DNA of 64,000 nt from a virus. The notes under the pieces are model-generated. The model ran no database searches and was not told the DNA's origin. It was given only the letters and a program-made list of their open reading frames with translations. Shown here piece by piece: positions 56,949 to 64,000 of this stretch. Made by a program: the position numbers and the translations under genes. Position 1 is the first letter of the stretch; every line of letters begins with the position of its first letter. Location: positions 60,314-124,313 of IMG/VR virus record IMGVR_UViG_3300025875_000003; one strand, given 5' to 3'.

Positions 56949-57878
56949 ATGAAGATTCGACGCTTGACTACGGCCCTGCTTGCTGCTTTCCTGGTGCTGT
57001 CTCCGGCTAGCGCTGCTCTGGCTGCGCCTGCTACCACATACTTGTACGTGGGGCCAAACGGCAGTGATGCCAATTATGGCAATCGGGCAGACAAGCCTTT
57101 GGCAACCCTGACAGGCGCTGAGGCACGGCTTCTCTCCAGTGCTCCCACTGGTCCGGTTGAAATTCGTCTGATTGCCGGTGTTTACGACGACTGGGTTCAG
57201 CGGTTTGGCTACTCCAACGGGTATCCCATCACCATCCGGGGGTACGGAGGCACGGCCATTTTCGACGGTGCCGGAAACCTGAACTGGGGTCTTCGTATTC
57301 ATCCCCGAACTGTGGGCACCGACATGAATCTCACTGTGAGCAACGTGGCTGTGCGTAACGCCACCAACGGCTTGCAAGTCCGAGACGCAAAGAATGTTCG
57401 TTTCGTGAACTTCAAGGCCAACAGTATAGGCAATCTGAAGTCCCCGGGTGGCATGGGGTACGCGGCGTTGAGTGTCTACAACTCCGATAACGTGACGGTG
57501 GAGAATCCGACTTTCAGCCTGATTGAGAATGATGCTGCAAGCCTGGCCAACGTGCACGCCATCTACGCGGTGAGTTCTGAGAACCTGGTAGTGCAGGGCG
57601 GCACGTATACCTCTGTCAGCGGTGACCCGATCCGTCTGCGCAATGGTAGCCACCACAGCCGAGTTTATGGCGGTGTCTTCAAGGAAGCGGGTCGGTACGC
57701 GCTGCTTTCTGACTGGCGTAACCCTGCCACGAACGAGATTTGGAGTCAGGACGGTCTGTTGTCTTCCCCGATGTTCGTCTCCGCTTATAAGGCGTCCAGT
57801 CTGCGTGTCGGTCTGGTTGCTTGCTTCGATGGTGCCAGCAATGACGTGGAGAACACTACTATCCGCGTGACGTACTAA
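56949..57878 (+). CDS. Secreted right-handed beta-helix protein (pectin-lyase-like)
   Basis: Signal peptide MKIRRLTTALLAAFLVLSPASAALA; YVGPNGSDANYG...PLATL; repeated NVTV/NLVV rungs. Confidence 0.75.
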   Translation: MKIRRLTTALLAAFLVLSPASAALAAPATTYLYVGPNGSDANYGNRADKPLATLTGAEARLLSSAPTGPVEIRLIAGVYDDWVQRFGYSNGYPITIRGYGGTAIFDGAGNLNWGLRIHPRTVGTDMNLTVSNVAVRNATNGLQVRDAKNVRFVNFKANSIGNLKSPGGMGYAALSVYNSDNVTVENPTFSLIENDAASLANVHAIYAVSSENLVVQGGTYTSVSGDPIRLRNGSHHSRVYGGVFKEAGRYALLSDWRNPATNEIWSQDGLLSSPMFVSAYKASSLRVGLVACFDGASNDVENTTIRVTY

Positions 57879-57896
57879 CAAGAATTGGAGATCGCC

Positions 57897-58604
57897 ATGA
57901 GCGACATTACTTACTTTGATCGTCCTGAAGTCAACCTTGTAGACCTGATGGGTGATGATCACTCAGTCACTAGGGCTGCGCGTGTTTCCGTTGTCGGAGA
58001 GAACTACGTCGATGAGGACGACATCAAGGAAGCGGGCCTGATTAATTACCTCATCAAGTCCAAGCACGGTTCTCCCTTTGAGCATGCTACTTTTACTTGG
58101 TACGTAGCGGGACCAATCTTCGTCTTCCGTGAGTTTATGCGTCACAGAATTGCTTCTTATAACGAAATGTCTGGAAGATATACCGTACTTCCTGCCGAGT
58201 TCTACGTTCCGGCTCCTGATCGGCCCTTGGTCAATGTAGGGTCCAGTGCACGACCTGAGTTCACTATGGGCACCGTTGAGCAGTATGACGAGTTCGTGGC
58301 AGACCTGATGGAAGGTTATGAGCAGCAGTGGGCTAGGTATGAGCGTGCGTTGTCCAAGGGTATCGCCAACGAGATGGCCAGGCTGCACCTTCCGGTAGGA
58401 ATCTTCTCTCAGATGTACGTGACCATGAACCTTAGGGCGCTGATGAATTTCCTGAGTCTGCGCATTGATTCTCCGGACTCCGCTGTGCGTTCTCGCCCCC
58501 AGCGTGAAATTCAGATGGTGGCTGAGGAAATGGAGTCAGACTTCCGCGCTCGGTTCCCCATGGTGCATGCGGCGTTCGTGGCAAATGGCCGCGTGGCCCC
58601 CTGA
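57897..58604 (+). CDS. thyX: FAD-dependent thymidylate synthase
   Basis: HGSPFEH; REFMRHRIASYNEMSGRY; NLRALMNFLSLR; AQ/PQREI. Confidence 0.95.
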   Translation: MSDITYFDRPEVNLVDLMGDDHSVTRAARVSVVGENYVDEDDIKEAGLINYLIKSKHGSPFEHATFTWYVAGPIFVFREFMRHRIASYNEMSGRYTVLPAEFYVPAPDRPLVNVGSSARPEFTMGTVEQYDEFVADLMEGYEQQWARYERALSKGIANEMARLHLPVGIFSQMYVTMNLRALMNFLSLRIDSPDSAVRSRPQREIQMVAEEMESDFRARFPMVHAAFVANGRVAP

Positions 58605-58624
58605 AAAACTGATAGGATTGATCC

Positions 58625-58951
58625 ATGCCGATCATTAATCTCACCCCGCACGCTGTCACGGTTATCCCCGGCGAGGATGGCTCTGAGCCAACCACCTATC
58701 CGCCGTCCGGCAAGGTGGCACGTCTGGTAGCCCGTCAGGGTCAGTTCCGGTACGTGTGCGGGGACTTCGTGCCGTCGTTCACCTACGGCATGCTGGAAGA
58801 GCCGGTAGAGCGTGTGAAGGGCACTGCGTACATCGTTAGCCTGGTGACCGCGCTGGCATCCTTCCGTGCCGACTTTCTCTACCCGTATGACGAGGTGCGA
58901 GACGAGGATGGACGCATCATCGGGTGCCGGACGCTGGCGGTCGTGGACTGA
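58625..58951 (+). CDS. Hypothetical protein (NLTPH family)
   Basis: IINLTPHAV..PSG.VAR; YIVS..VRDEDGRIIGC. Confidence 0.75.
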   Translation: MPIINLTPHAVTVIPGEDGSEPTTYPPSGKVARLVARQGQFRYVCGDFVPSFTYGMLEEPVERVKGTAYIVSLVTALASFRADFLYPYDEVRDEDGRIIGCRTLAVVD

Positions 58952-58983
58952 GGGTTGCGCATGTCGCATGACTGCGCTACTGT
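58948..58983 (+). promoter_or_regulatory. SigA-type early promoter TTGCGC-N17-TACTGT inside a 36-bp repeat
   Basis: 33/36 identical to 60262-60297. Confidence 0.8.
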
Positions 58984-59013
58984 GGTCTTACACCGATCCT
59001 GAGGAGGAACACC

Positions 59014-59181
59014 ATGAGCAATCGTCTCCGCAACACCCGCCGCAGCCGTTGGTCTTTCGAGGATAAGGCTTTCGGTGCCGTCATTGCTATCTGGGTAGCA
59101 GCGATTGTGGCCAATCTCGTTTTCTGGGGCGTCGTGATTTGGGCCATCATCAATGTCGTCCAGCACTTCGTGGGGGCCTGA
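59014..59181 (+). CDS. Small membrane protein (55 aa, absent from the ORF track)
   Basis: GAGGAGG RBS; MSNRLRNTRRSRWSFEDKAFGAVIAIWVAAIVANLVFWGVVIWAII. Confidence 0.75.
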   Translation: MSNRLRNTRRSRWSFEDKAFGAVIAIWVAAIVANLVFWGVVIWAIINVVQHFVGA

Positions 59182-59182
59182 G

Positions 59183-59458
59183 ATGGCTACCACACCGCAG
59201 GAACTGCTGGACGAGATGAGCGCTCTCACTCTGTCTGTAGGGAATCAGTACGGCGCTGAGGAAGAGATGGTGCAGTCAGGCGCAAATGCCACTTACCTGG
59301 AGCGTGCGCTGCGCGAGATCCTGGAAGAGGCTGACCGCGCTGAGAACATTCAGGACGAGTGGCGAACCATGGGCAATTCTTCTCTCGGTGTGAGTGAGAT
59401 CCGTGAGATCGTCGCTAAGCATCTTTCTGAGGGCATTGCCACTCTGAAGGAGGTCTGA
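59183..59458 (+). CDS. Hypothetical protein
   Basis: ATG 59183 just after the upstream stop. Confidence 0.7.
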   Translation: MATTPQELLDEMSALTLSVGNQYGAEEEMVQSGANATYLERALREILEEADRAENIQDEWRTMGNSSLGVSEIREIVAKHLSEGIATLKEV

Positions 59459-59459
59459 G

Positions 59460-59852
59460 ATGTACCGAAACGTGAAGCACCGCGTAGTCACGCAGGGCCA
59501 CTGGCATGTCAACTACGTGTCCACGTCTGTCCGTAAGCCCGGCTTCGTGAAGGTGGAGATCGATCTCCACCAGAAGTATCCCGAGGTTACCGCTGATGTA
59601 GGTGACCTCGACATCATGCTGGTCATCCACCGACGTGCTGAGACAGAACCGCGCGGTCTAGAAGAGGGTGAAGACGGCTCTGTGGACACGGTGATGGAGT
59701 TCGTTCTTCCGCGCCCCCTTCCGGGATACGCTTGGAACACTGCACTCGACTACGGACGCTACAGCGTGCAGATCGTGGCCTGGACAGAAAAGCAGTGGCG
59801 ACCGTCTCTGCGTTCTCGTCTCATCCAGTTCAAGCACAAGATGGGAGTCTGA
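59460..59852 (+). CDS. Hypothetical protein
   Basis: GGAGG RBS. Confidence 0.7.
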   Translation: MYRNVKHRVVTQGHWHVNYVSTSVRKPGFVKVEIDLHQKYPEVTADVGDLDIMLVIHRRAETEPRGLEEGEDGSVDTVMEFVLPRPLPGYAWNTALDYGRYSVQIVAWTEKQWRPSLRSRLIQFKHKMGV

Positions 59853-59853
59853 T

Positions 59854-60102
59854 ATGTCTACCGATCGCACACCACTTCAAGAAGTCATCCTGGCCAACTT
59901 CCACCCGCCCAAGTTTTCTGGCGGCTCCTGGACTGTCAACCCTGAGGAGATGTATAAGGCTGTCCGCGCGCACATCGCTGATGAGGTCACTGCCCGTCTC
60001 GCAGAGGCAGAAGATCTCGACCCTGTGCGCGACCAGTGGGATGCAGGCTACGTCACTGGAGTTCAGATGTCCGCACAGTGGATCACAGAGGGGCAGTGGT
60101 GA
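59854..60102 (+). CDS. Hypothetical protein
   Basis: GGGAG RBS. Confidence 0.7.
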   Translation: MSTDRTPLQEVILANFHPPKFSGGSWTVNPEEMYKAVRAHIADEVTARLAEAEDLDPVRDQWDAGYVTGVQMSAQWITEGQW

Positions 60103-60103
60103 C

Positions 60104-60265
60104 ATGAAGATTCTCGCAGATCGAAAGTACCTGTGGGTTACGTGGCGTCCTCTGTCTGCTGCTCCGCGTCCGGATGGTAGGCGTTACCGCTTCCAGCACA
60201 ACAAGCGCCCGAGCAACGTCTACGTGCAGGTTGGTCATCTAGAGGCTGTGGCCTGGTATCGCTGA
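60104..60265 (+). CDS. Small basic hypothetical protein
   Basis: ATG 60104, MKILADRKYLW.. Confidence 0.55.
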   Translation: MKILADRKYLWVTWRPLSAAPRPDGRRYRFQHNKRPSNVYVQVGHLEAVAWYR

Positions 60266-60297
60266 GGGTTGCACTTGTCGCCTGACTGCGCTACTGT
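60262..60297 (+). promoter_or_regulatory. SigA-type early promoter TTGCAC-N17-TACTGT (repeat of 58948-58983)
   Basis: Near-identical 36-mer. Confidence 0.8.
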
Positions 60298-60326
60298 TGT
60301 CTCAACAGCAACCGAGGAGGCATACC

Positions 60327-60791
60327 ATGGCGAACATCAAGTGCGGCAACTGCACCCAGACTCACGAGTCTGTCGCTCAGGTCAAGACCTGCTACGCGGC
60401 CAAGGTCACCAAGCCTGCTCCTGCTTCCGCCTACAAGGCTGCGGCGCTGCTTCCCAAGATGGATGTCCCGGACGCCATCTACGCTATCGATGGTGTGGAC
60501 GGCTCCACGGTCGTCTACTACGCGGTGCGTCATGGCAAGAAGGGCACCAAGTGGGAGACCTTCGCGTTCGTGGAGCGTCTGGTGGGCCACCCCGGCGACT
60601 GGATGCGGCACGCGGTCAAGGGCGAGGCTCGCATGAACGTTCTTGCTCGTATCGCGGTGGACTCCAAGTCCGCTGCCAAGCGTTTCGCTGACACCTTCAC
60701 CTGCTGCGCGCGCTGCCAGTCCCCGCTCTCGGACGCCGTGTCCGTGGCCACGGGGCTGGGATCGACCTGCCGTACCTACTTCGGATTCTGA
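60327..60791 (+). CDS. Zn-binding protein (DUF6011-like C-terminus)
   Basis: GAGGAGG RBS; CGNC; CARCQSPLSDAVSVATGLGSTC. Confidence 0.75.
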   Translation: MANIKCGNCTQTHESVAQVKTCYAAKVTKPAPASAYKAAALLPKMDVPDAIYAIDGVDGSTVVYYAVRHGKKGTKWETFAFVERLVGHPGDWMRHAVKGEARMNVLARIAVDSKSAAKRFADTFTCCARCQSPLSDAVSVATGLGSTCRTYFGF

Positions 60792-60802
60792 GGAGAACTG
60801 AC

Positions 60803-61102
60803 ATGACCACGAAGAAGATTCGACGCTCTGAAGTGGACGGCACCGTTCCCGGTGTTGCGCTCTTGGTAGTGGCCGATCTGGCGAATCCTGACTCCAAGGT
60901 GTTTCAGGACCGCTTCAGTGAGCCAGAGAGCGCCAATCCGCACGCCTATGCCTACGCTCTGTGGAACTCCGTCAAGGAAGATTTTCCGAACCACGACTAT
61001 TCGATCGTCATCAACGAGCGTGCTCGTTACCTTATGGCGGCTAATCGGGTAGAGGCGCTGCTTGGAGAGCCTTACACCATTGAGGAGTACTTGGAGTCAT
61101 GA
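60803..61102 (+). CDS. Hypothetical protein
   Basis: GAGGAG RBS. Confidence 0.7.
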   Translation: MTTKKIRRSEVDGTVPGVALLVVADLANPDSKVFQDRFSEPESANPHAYAYALWNSVKEDFPNHDYSIVINERARYLMAANRVEALLGEPYTIEEYLES

Positions 61103-61371
61103 CAGACAGGGAGTGGCGGGACTTAGCAGAGATGCGGCTGGAGGGCGGCTATCATAGTCGTGACCGCACGTCATTTGGCGCGTTTACGGACGCTTGCCAG
61201 ATCATCTGGTCTCTGGTGGTCCTTGCCTTTCTGTTCTTGAAGTTGACTGTGCAAATCGTCCTGTGGGCGTTTGGAAGAGGCCGTAAGCCTGAGAGTGCTC
61301 CGCGACCAAGTAAGACGCCTGAGGAGGGCAAAGATGAGCAAGGAAGACCCATCTGGCGCTATGGGTACTGA
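61099..61371 (+). CDS. Single-TM hypothetical protein
   Basis: IIWSLVVLAFLFLKL segment. Confidence 0.6.
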   Translation: MTDREWRDLAEMRLEGGYHSRDRTSFGAFTDACQIIWSLVVLAFLFLKLTVQIVLWAFGRGRKPESAPRPSKTPEEGKDEQGRPIWRYGY

Positions 61372-61804
61372 CGATACTGGTCGTACCTACTGGCTGGCTG
61401 AGGATTTGGGCATTGAGAATCGCCCGCTGATCCTCAGCCTCTTGTCGTATCGCCAGAAGAAGAATCGAAGGCAGGTTTGGTCGCCTAACGCCAATCTTAT
61501 TTCTTCGCTGACCGAAGATGGCAGGCAGATGCCGATCATCGATCTGGACTTTGACTTCCATATCGAGCCGTCAAGCACGCCGGGGCACGTACACTTGTTC
61601 TTCGATAGGCCCATTGATAAGCATCGTTGGGTAGTCTTGATGCTTGCTCTGTGGTATTCAGGAGTGGTGGAGATGGGCTACGCTGTGTGGGCTCTTCGTC
61701 GTGGTGCCAACTTTGTGCGCCTCCCACACGTCAAGAAGCAGCCGGGAGCAGAGACTGACAAGCCCGAGTACGGATGGCTGTTCAAGATTAAGGACAACAA
61801 GTGA
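61334..61804 (+). CDS. Conserved phage protein with DxD and S-x-x-G-H-x-H motifs (possibly AEP primase-like fold)
   Basis: PIIDLDF..PSSTPGHVHLFFD..GVVEMGY..FVRLP; GAGGAGG RBS before ATG 61334. Confidence 0.55.
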   Translation: MSKEDPSGAMGTDDTGRTYWLAEDLGIENRPLILSLLSYRQKKNRRQVWSPNANLISSLTEDGRQMPIIDLDFDFHIEPSSTPGHVHLFFDRPIDKHRWVVLMLALWYSGVVEMGYAVWALRRGANFVRLPHVKKQPGAETDKPEYGWLFKIKDNK

Positions 61805-61974
61805 TCTGGCTTTTGGCTTACTTCTTTATCGGCGCTGTCTATGCGGCCTTTGCCACCAATTGGATGCTAAAGAATAGCGAGGCAGGTTCCAGTTTTCTTT
61901 TTGGATTCACGTGCTGCCTGTTGTGGCCTTTTCTTATATTCATGACAATTATCATGACCGGTGATGACGGATGA
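61801..61974 (+). CDS. Small two-TM membrane protein (57 aa, absent from the ORF track)
   Basis: GTGA and ATGA overlaps on both sides; VIWLLAYFFIGAVYAAF...LLWPFLIF. Confidence 0.7.
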   Translation: MIWLLAYFFIGAVYAAFATNWMLKNSEAGSSFLFGFTCCLLWPFLIFMTIIMTGDDG

Positions 61975-62513
61975 CTACCTTCGCAATCGTTAATTCAAGA
62001 ATGTCCATCATCTCCGCACTGCGTCGAGCAGGGGCGGAGATTGGTGATTTCTCCACCGGATCGATCAAGACTCAGTGTCCGTTCGGGTTTCTGCATTCGG
62101 ACGGTGGGTATGCCAAGGCCATGCGCGTCTACCCCGACACTAACTCAGCGTACTGCTTTGCGTGCTCCGAGTCTTTCACGCCGGTGAAGTTGATAGCCCG
62201 CGTCATGGACATCCCTGACCGTGAGGCTGTGGACGTAATCTTGGCTGAGACCGGCTACGTCAAGCCCGACTATCGGTCACAATGGGACGCACTCACAGCC
62301 GCTCCTGTGATGGACTACGACGGGCTGTCTGAGGCTCTGAAGGTGTCATGTGCAATAATGGACCCCATGTGGGACGTTAGACAGTTCGATGAGAACGTGT
62401 CGGCGGCTCTGACCAAGTGTTTGAGTCTGTTGCCCAAGGTAAGCACACCAGAGGAAGCCACGCAATGGCTTTCTACCACCAAGCAGTACATGAAGAAGAT
62501 CCTGAGGAGTTGA
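61971..62513 (+). CDS. CHC2 zinc-finger protein (stand-alone DnaG Zn-binding domain; split primase)
   Basis: CPFGFLHSDG...RVYPDTNSAYCFAC; no TOPRIM domain. Confidence 0.8.
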   Translation: MTTFAIVNSRMSIISALRRAGAEIGDFSTGSIKTQCPFGFLHSDGGYAKAMRVYPDTNSAYCFACSESFTPVKLIARVMDIPDREAVDVILAETGYVKPDYRSQWDALTAAPVMDYDGLSEALKVSCAIMDPMWDVRQFDENVSAALTKCLSLLPKVSTPEEATQWLSTTKQYMKKILRS

Positions 62514-62514
62514 A

Positions 62515-62790
62515 GTGGGTAAGTATCGTAAGAAGCCCGTAGTCATCGAGGCGGTTCAATTTCACGGCAGTACTACGGAGAAGGTCGCTATCGAGAATTG
62601 GATTGCGGGTGGACCCTTTCCGCGGCCCGGAGGTGTCCACACAAGAGACATCACCTCGTTCTCCATTGAAACCCTGGAGGGAGACATGAAGGTCCGTCCA
62701 GGCTGGTGGGTCATTCAGGGTGTCCAGGGAGAATTTTATCCCTGCGACCCGGACATCTTCGAGAAGACGTACGAGGAGGTCTCAGCATGA
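62515..62790 (+). CDS. Conserved phage protein (YRKKPVVIEA family)
   Basis: YRKKPVVIEAVQF; IETLEG.M...G.W.I.G..GEFYPC.PDIFEKTYE. Confidence 0.8.
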   Translation: MGKYRKKPVVIEAVQFHGSTTEKVAIENWIAGGPFPRPGGVHTRDITSFSIETLEGDMKVRPGWWVIQGVQGEFYPCDPDIFEKTYEEVSA

Positions 62791-63086
62791 CGGACAAGAA
62801 TCCGCGTCTGGACCCGGACGGCACTGCGCCCAAGGTGCCAGGCTGGATCTCGATCACCGAGGCAGGGGAGCGTCTGGGCTACACGCGCCAGCACGCCTTC
62901 CGTCTTGCCGGTAACGGCGCTCTGGGCACGCTGCACCGGCTGGGCAACAGCCACACCATGTGCGTGTCTGAGGAAGAGATTCATCGTCTGGTGGTCGCAG
63001 GAGAGAACGGTGCCGTTCGTCGGCGTGTGGCCCCTCACCACGAGCACGTACATGTGAGCCACCCGGGCGAAATTGGTTCGCTCTAG
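62787..63086 (+). CDS. HTH DNA-binding protein (excisionase/MerR-like)
   Basis: ISITEAGERLGYTRQHAFRLAGNG; GAGGAGG RBS. Confidence 0.75.
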   Translation: MTDKNPRLDPDGTAPKVPGWISITEAGERLGYTRQHAFRLAGNGALGTLHRLGNSHTMCVSEEEIHRLVVAGENGAVRRRVAPHHEHVHVSHPGEIGSL

Positions 63087-63089
63087 GAG

Positions 63090-63118
63090 TTGCACACGTC
63101 ACCAGATGTGTGTACTGT
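63090..63118 (+). promoter_or_regulatory. SigA-type promoter TTGCAC-N17-TACTGT
   Basis: Same hexamers as 60269-60297. Confidence 0.8.
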
Positions 63119-63171
63119 AGAACCTGTCAGCGGGACAGATGGTCCCAGCAGTCAAACCAGAGGAGAACGCC

Positions 63172-63417
63172 ATGAGCGTCAAGATCGGTGATGTTGTCGA
63201 GTACGTGTCCACCAGCGGCAAGACGAAGGTTGGTCTGGTCGTCGCTACCGAGGACACCCTGTCGGAGGGCACTTCGCTCTCGGGCAGCCTGTCCAGCGGT
63301 GCGGTCAACCTGACCGTCTTCTCGGCTACGGGCAAGGGCAGTGCGCGTCTGGCTGTCCAGCCCGAGTCGGAGGTCGAGGAGGGCACCGAGGGCGGCTTCT
63401 ACCGCCCGCTCGACTGA
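63172..63417 (+). CDS. Small beta-rich hypothetical protein, probably highly expressed
   Basis: AGAGGAG RBS; biased codons; KIGDVVEYV. Confidence 0.75.
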   Translation: MSVKIGDVVEYVSTSGKTKVGLVVATEDTLSEGTSLSGSLSSGAVNLTVFSATGKGSARLAVQPESEVEEGTEGGFYRPLD

Positions 63418-63421
63418 GCAA

Positions 63422-63625
63422 GGCTAGGCGCTACCAGGGAATGGTACTGGCTGCTGAATCTTCTGTGTCGCGCAGAATAGGTCAGCCCGCCTAGTTATGG
63501 GAACCTAGTGCACTTGAATTGTTTAGGGTTGTGCACCAGTCCGCAGGGTGTGGGGTGTTTAGGCGGACACACAAAGTCTGGGCCAGTAATGGACTGCGGT
63601 GGGGCACCACACCCAGACTTTGTTC
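63422..63625 (+). ncRNA. Structured intergenic RNA(s)
   Basis: 9-bp stem GGCTAGGCG/CGCCTAGTT and 12-bp stem ACAAAGTCTGGG/CCCAGACTTTGT, each enclosing sub-hairpins. Confidence 0.5.
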
Positions 63626-63627
63626 AA

Positions 63628-63763
63628 CGGCTGATAGTTCAATCTGGTGTGGCTCGCGCAAAGCACAGGGGTCTGGTCCTAGGCAACCAGATACCGCTAT
63701 TAATGCCGGGTCTAGAACACCGCTCATGGGAGCGGAGATACGGGTTCGAATCCCGCAAGCCGA
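63628..63763 (+). ncRNA. tRNA-Pro-like element with a 63-nt insertion in the D-loop
   Basis: CGGCTGA-TA-GTTC-AATCTGGT[insert]CTA-GAAC; CCGCT-CATGGG-AGCGG; ACGGG-TTCGAAT-CCCGC; AAGCCG-A. Confidence 0.6.
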
Positions 63764-63810
63764 CAAGTATGGTAGGCTCAGATCAAGAAACCAGACCTGA
63801 GGAGGTTCAC

Positions 63811-64000
63811 ATGAGGCTTACGGCACAACTGCCCCGTACGGTGGCCTTCTTCGACATCGATGGTGTGATCGCCAACGACATGCACCGCCAGCACCACGCC
63901 TTGGCTAAGGAATGGGTCGAGTACTTCAGACCGGACGCTGTTACGGCAGATGGTGTGTGGCCTCAGGGTCGTGCCGCTATCCTGAGTGAACTGCGGCGCG
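63811..64000 (+). CDS. HAD-family phosphatase resembling the 3'-phosphatase domain of polynucleotide kinase (cut off by window end)
   Basis: GGAGG RBS; VAFFDIDGVIAND.HR.H...EW..YF. Confidence 0.7.
   Translation, partial: MRLTAQLPRTVAFFDIDGVIANDMHRQHHALAKEWVEYFRPDAVTADGVWPQGRAAILSELRR

Noticed and set aside
56943-57962. 339-aa minus-strand ORF and other long antisense ORFs (e.g. 18075-18971, 38042-38878, 54569-55249)
   Set aside because: Antisense shadows of GC3-biased real genes; no motifs
63422-63765. tmRNA
   Set aside because: Length fits, but no GGGG 5' end with G3:U70, a real D-stem is present, and no tag reading frame was identified
1-64000. Prophage or temperate features
   Set aside because: No integrase, repressor cassette, att site or host genes seen in this window

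Overview
A 64 kb piece of a large tailed phage (siphovirus-type tail) that most likely infects Actinobacteria. The host is inferred from the M15 endolysin, a short-armed tRNA-Leu, a class 3 DnaB intein and many leaderless promoters. Left to right it contains: a multi-lectin-domain protein; a leftward operon with a ColE2-Rep-like PriCT-HTH protein, a Cas4/RecB-like nuclease and a beta clamp; an array of 19 tRNA or tRNA-like genes, including one with a CUA (amber) anticodon, plus two HNH genes and several structured spacers; the C-half of a split SbcC, DnaX and a methyltransferase; a complete virion module (intein-containing terminase, portal, MuF-like protein, a 2806-aa protein with a kinase-like domain, protease/scaffold, decoration, capsid, connectors, glycosyltransferase, major tail, frameshifted chaperone, tape measure, Dit, Tal); a lysis cassette; SNF2 helicase, FliA/WhiG-like sigma, MazG, intein-containing DnaB, a secreted beta-helix protein and ThyX; small early genes; and a structured RNA region with an interrupted tRNA-like element next to a HAD/PNKP-like phosphatase cut off by the window end. 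Three promoter classes can be read directly from the sequence: TTGCRC-N17-TAYKRT, ACTTTC-N18-CGTATCACT and GGTCGATAGT. All protein family calls come from motif recognition, not database searches.
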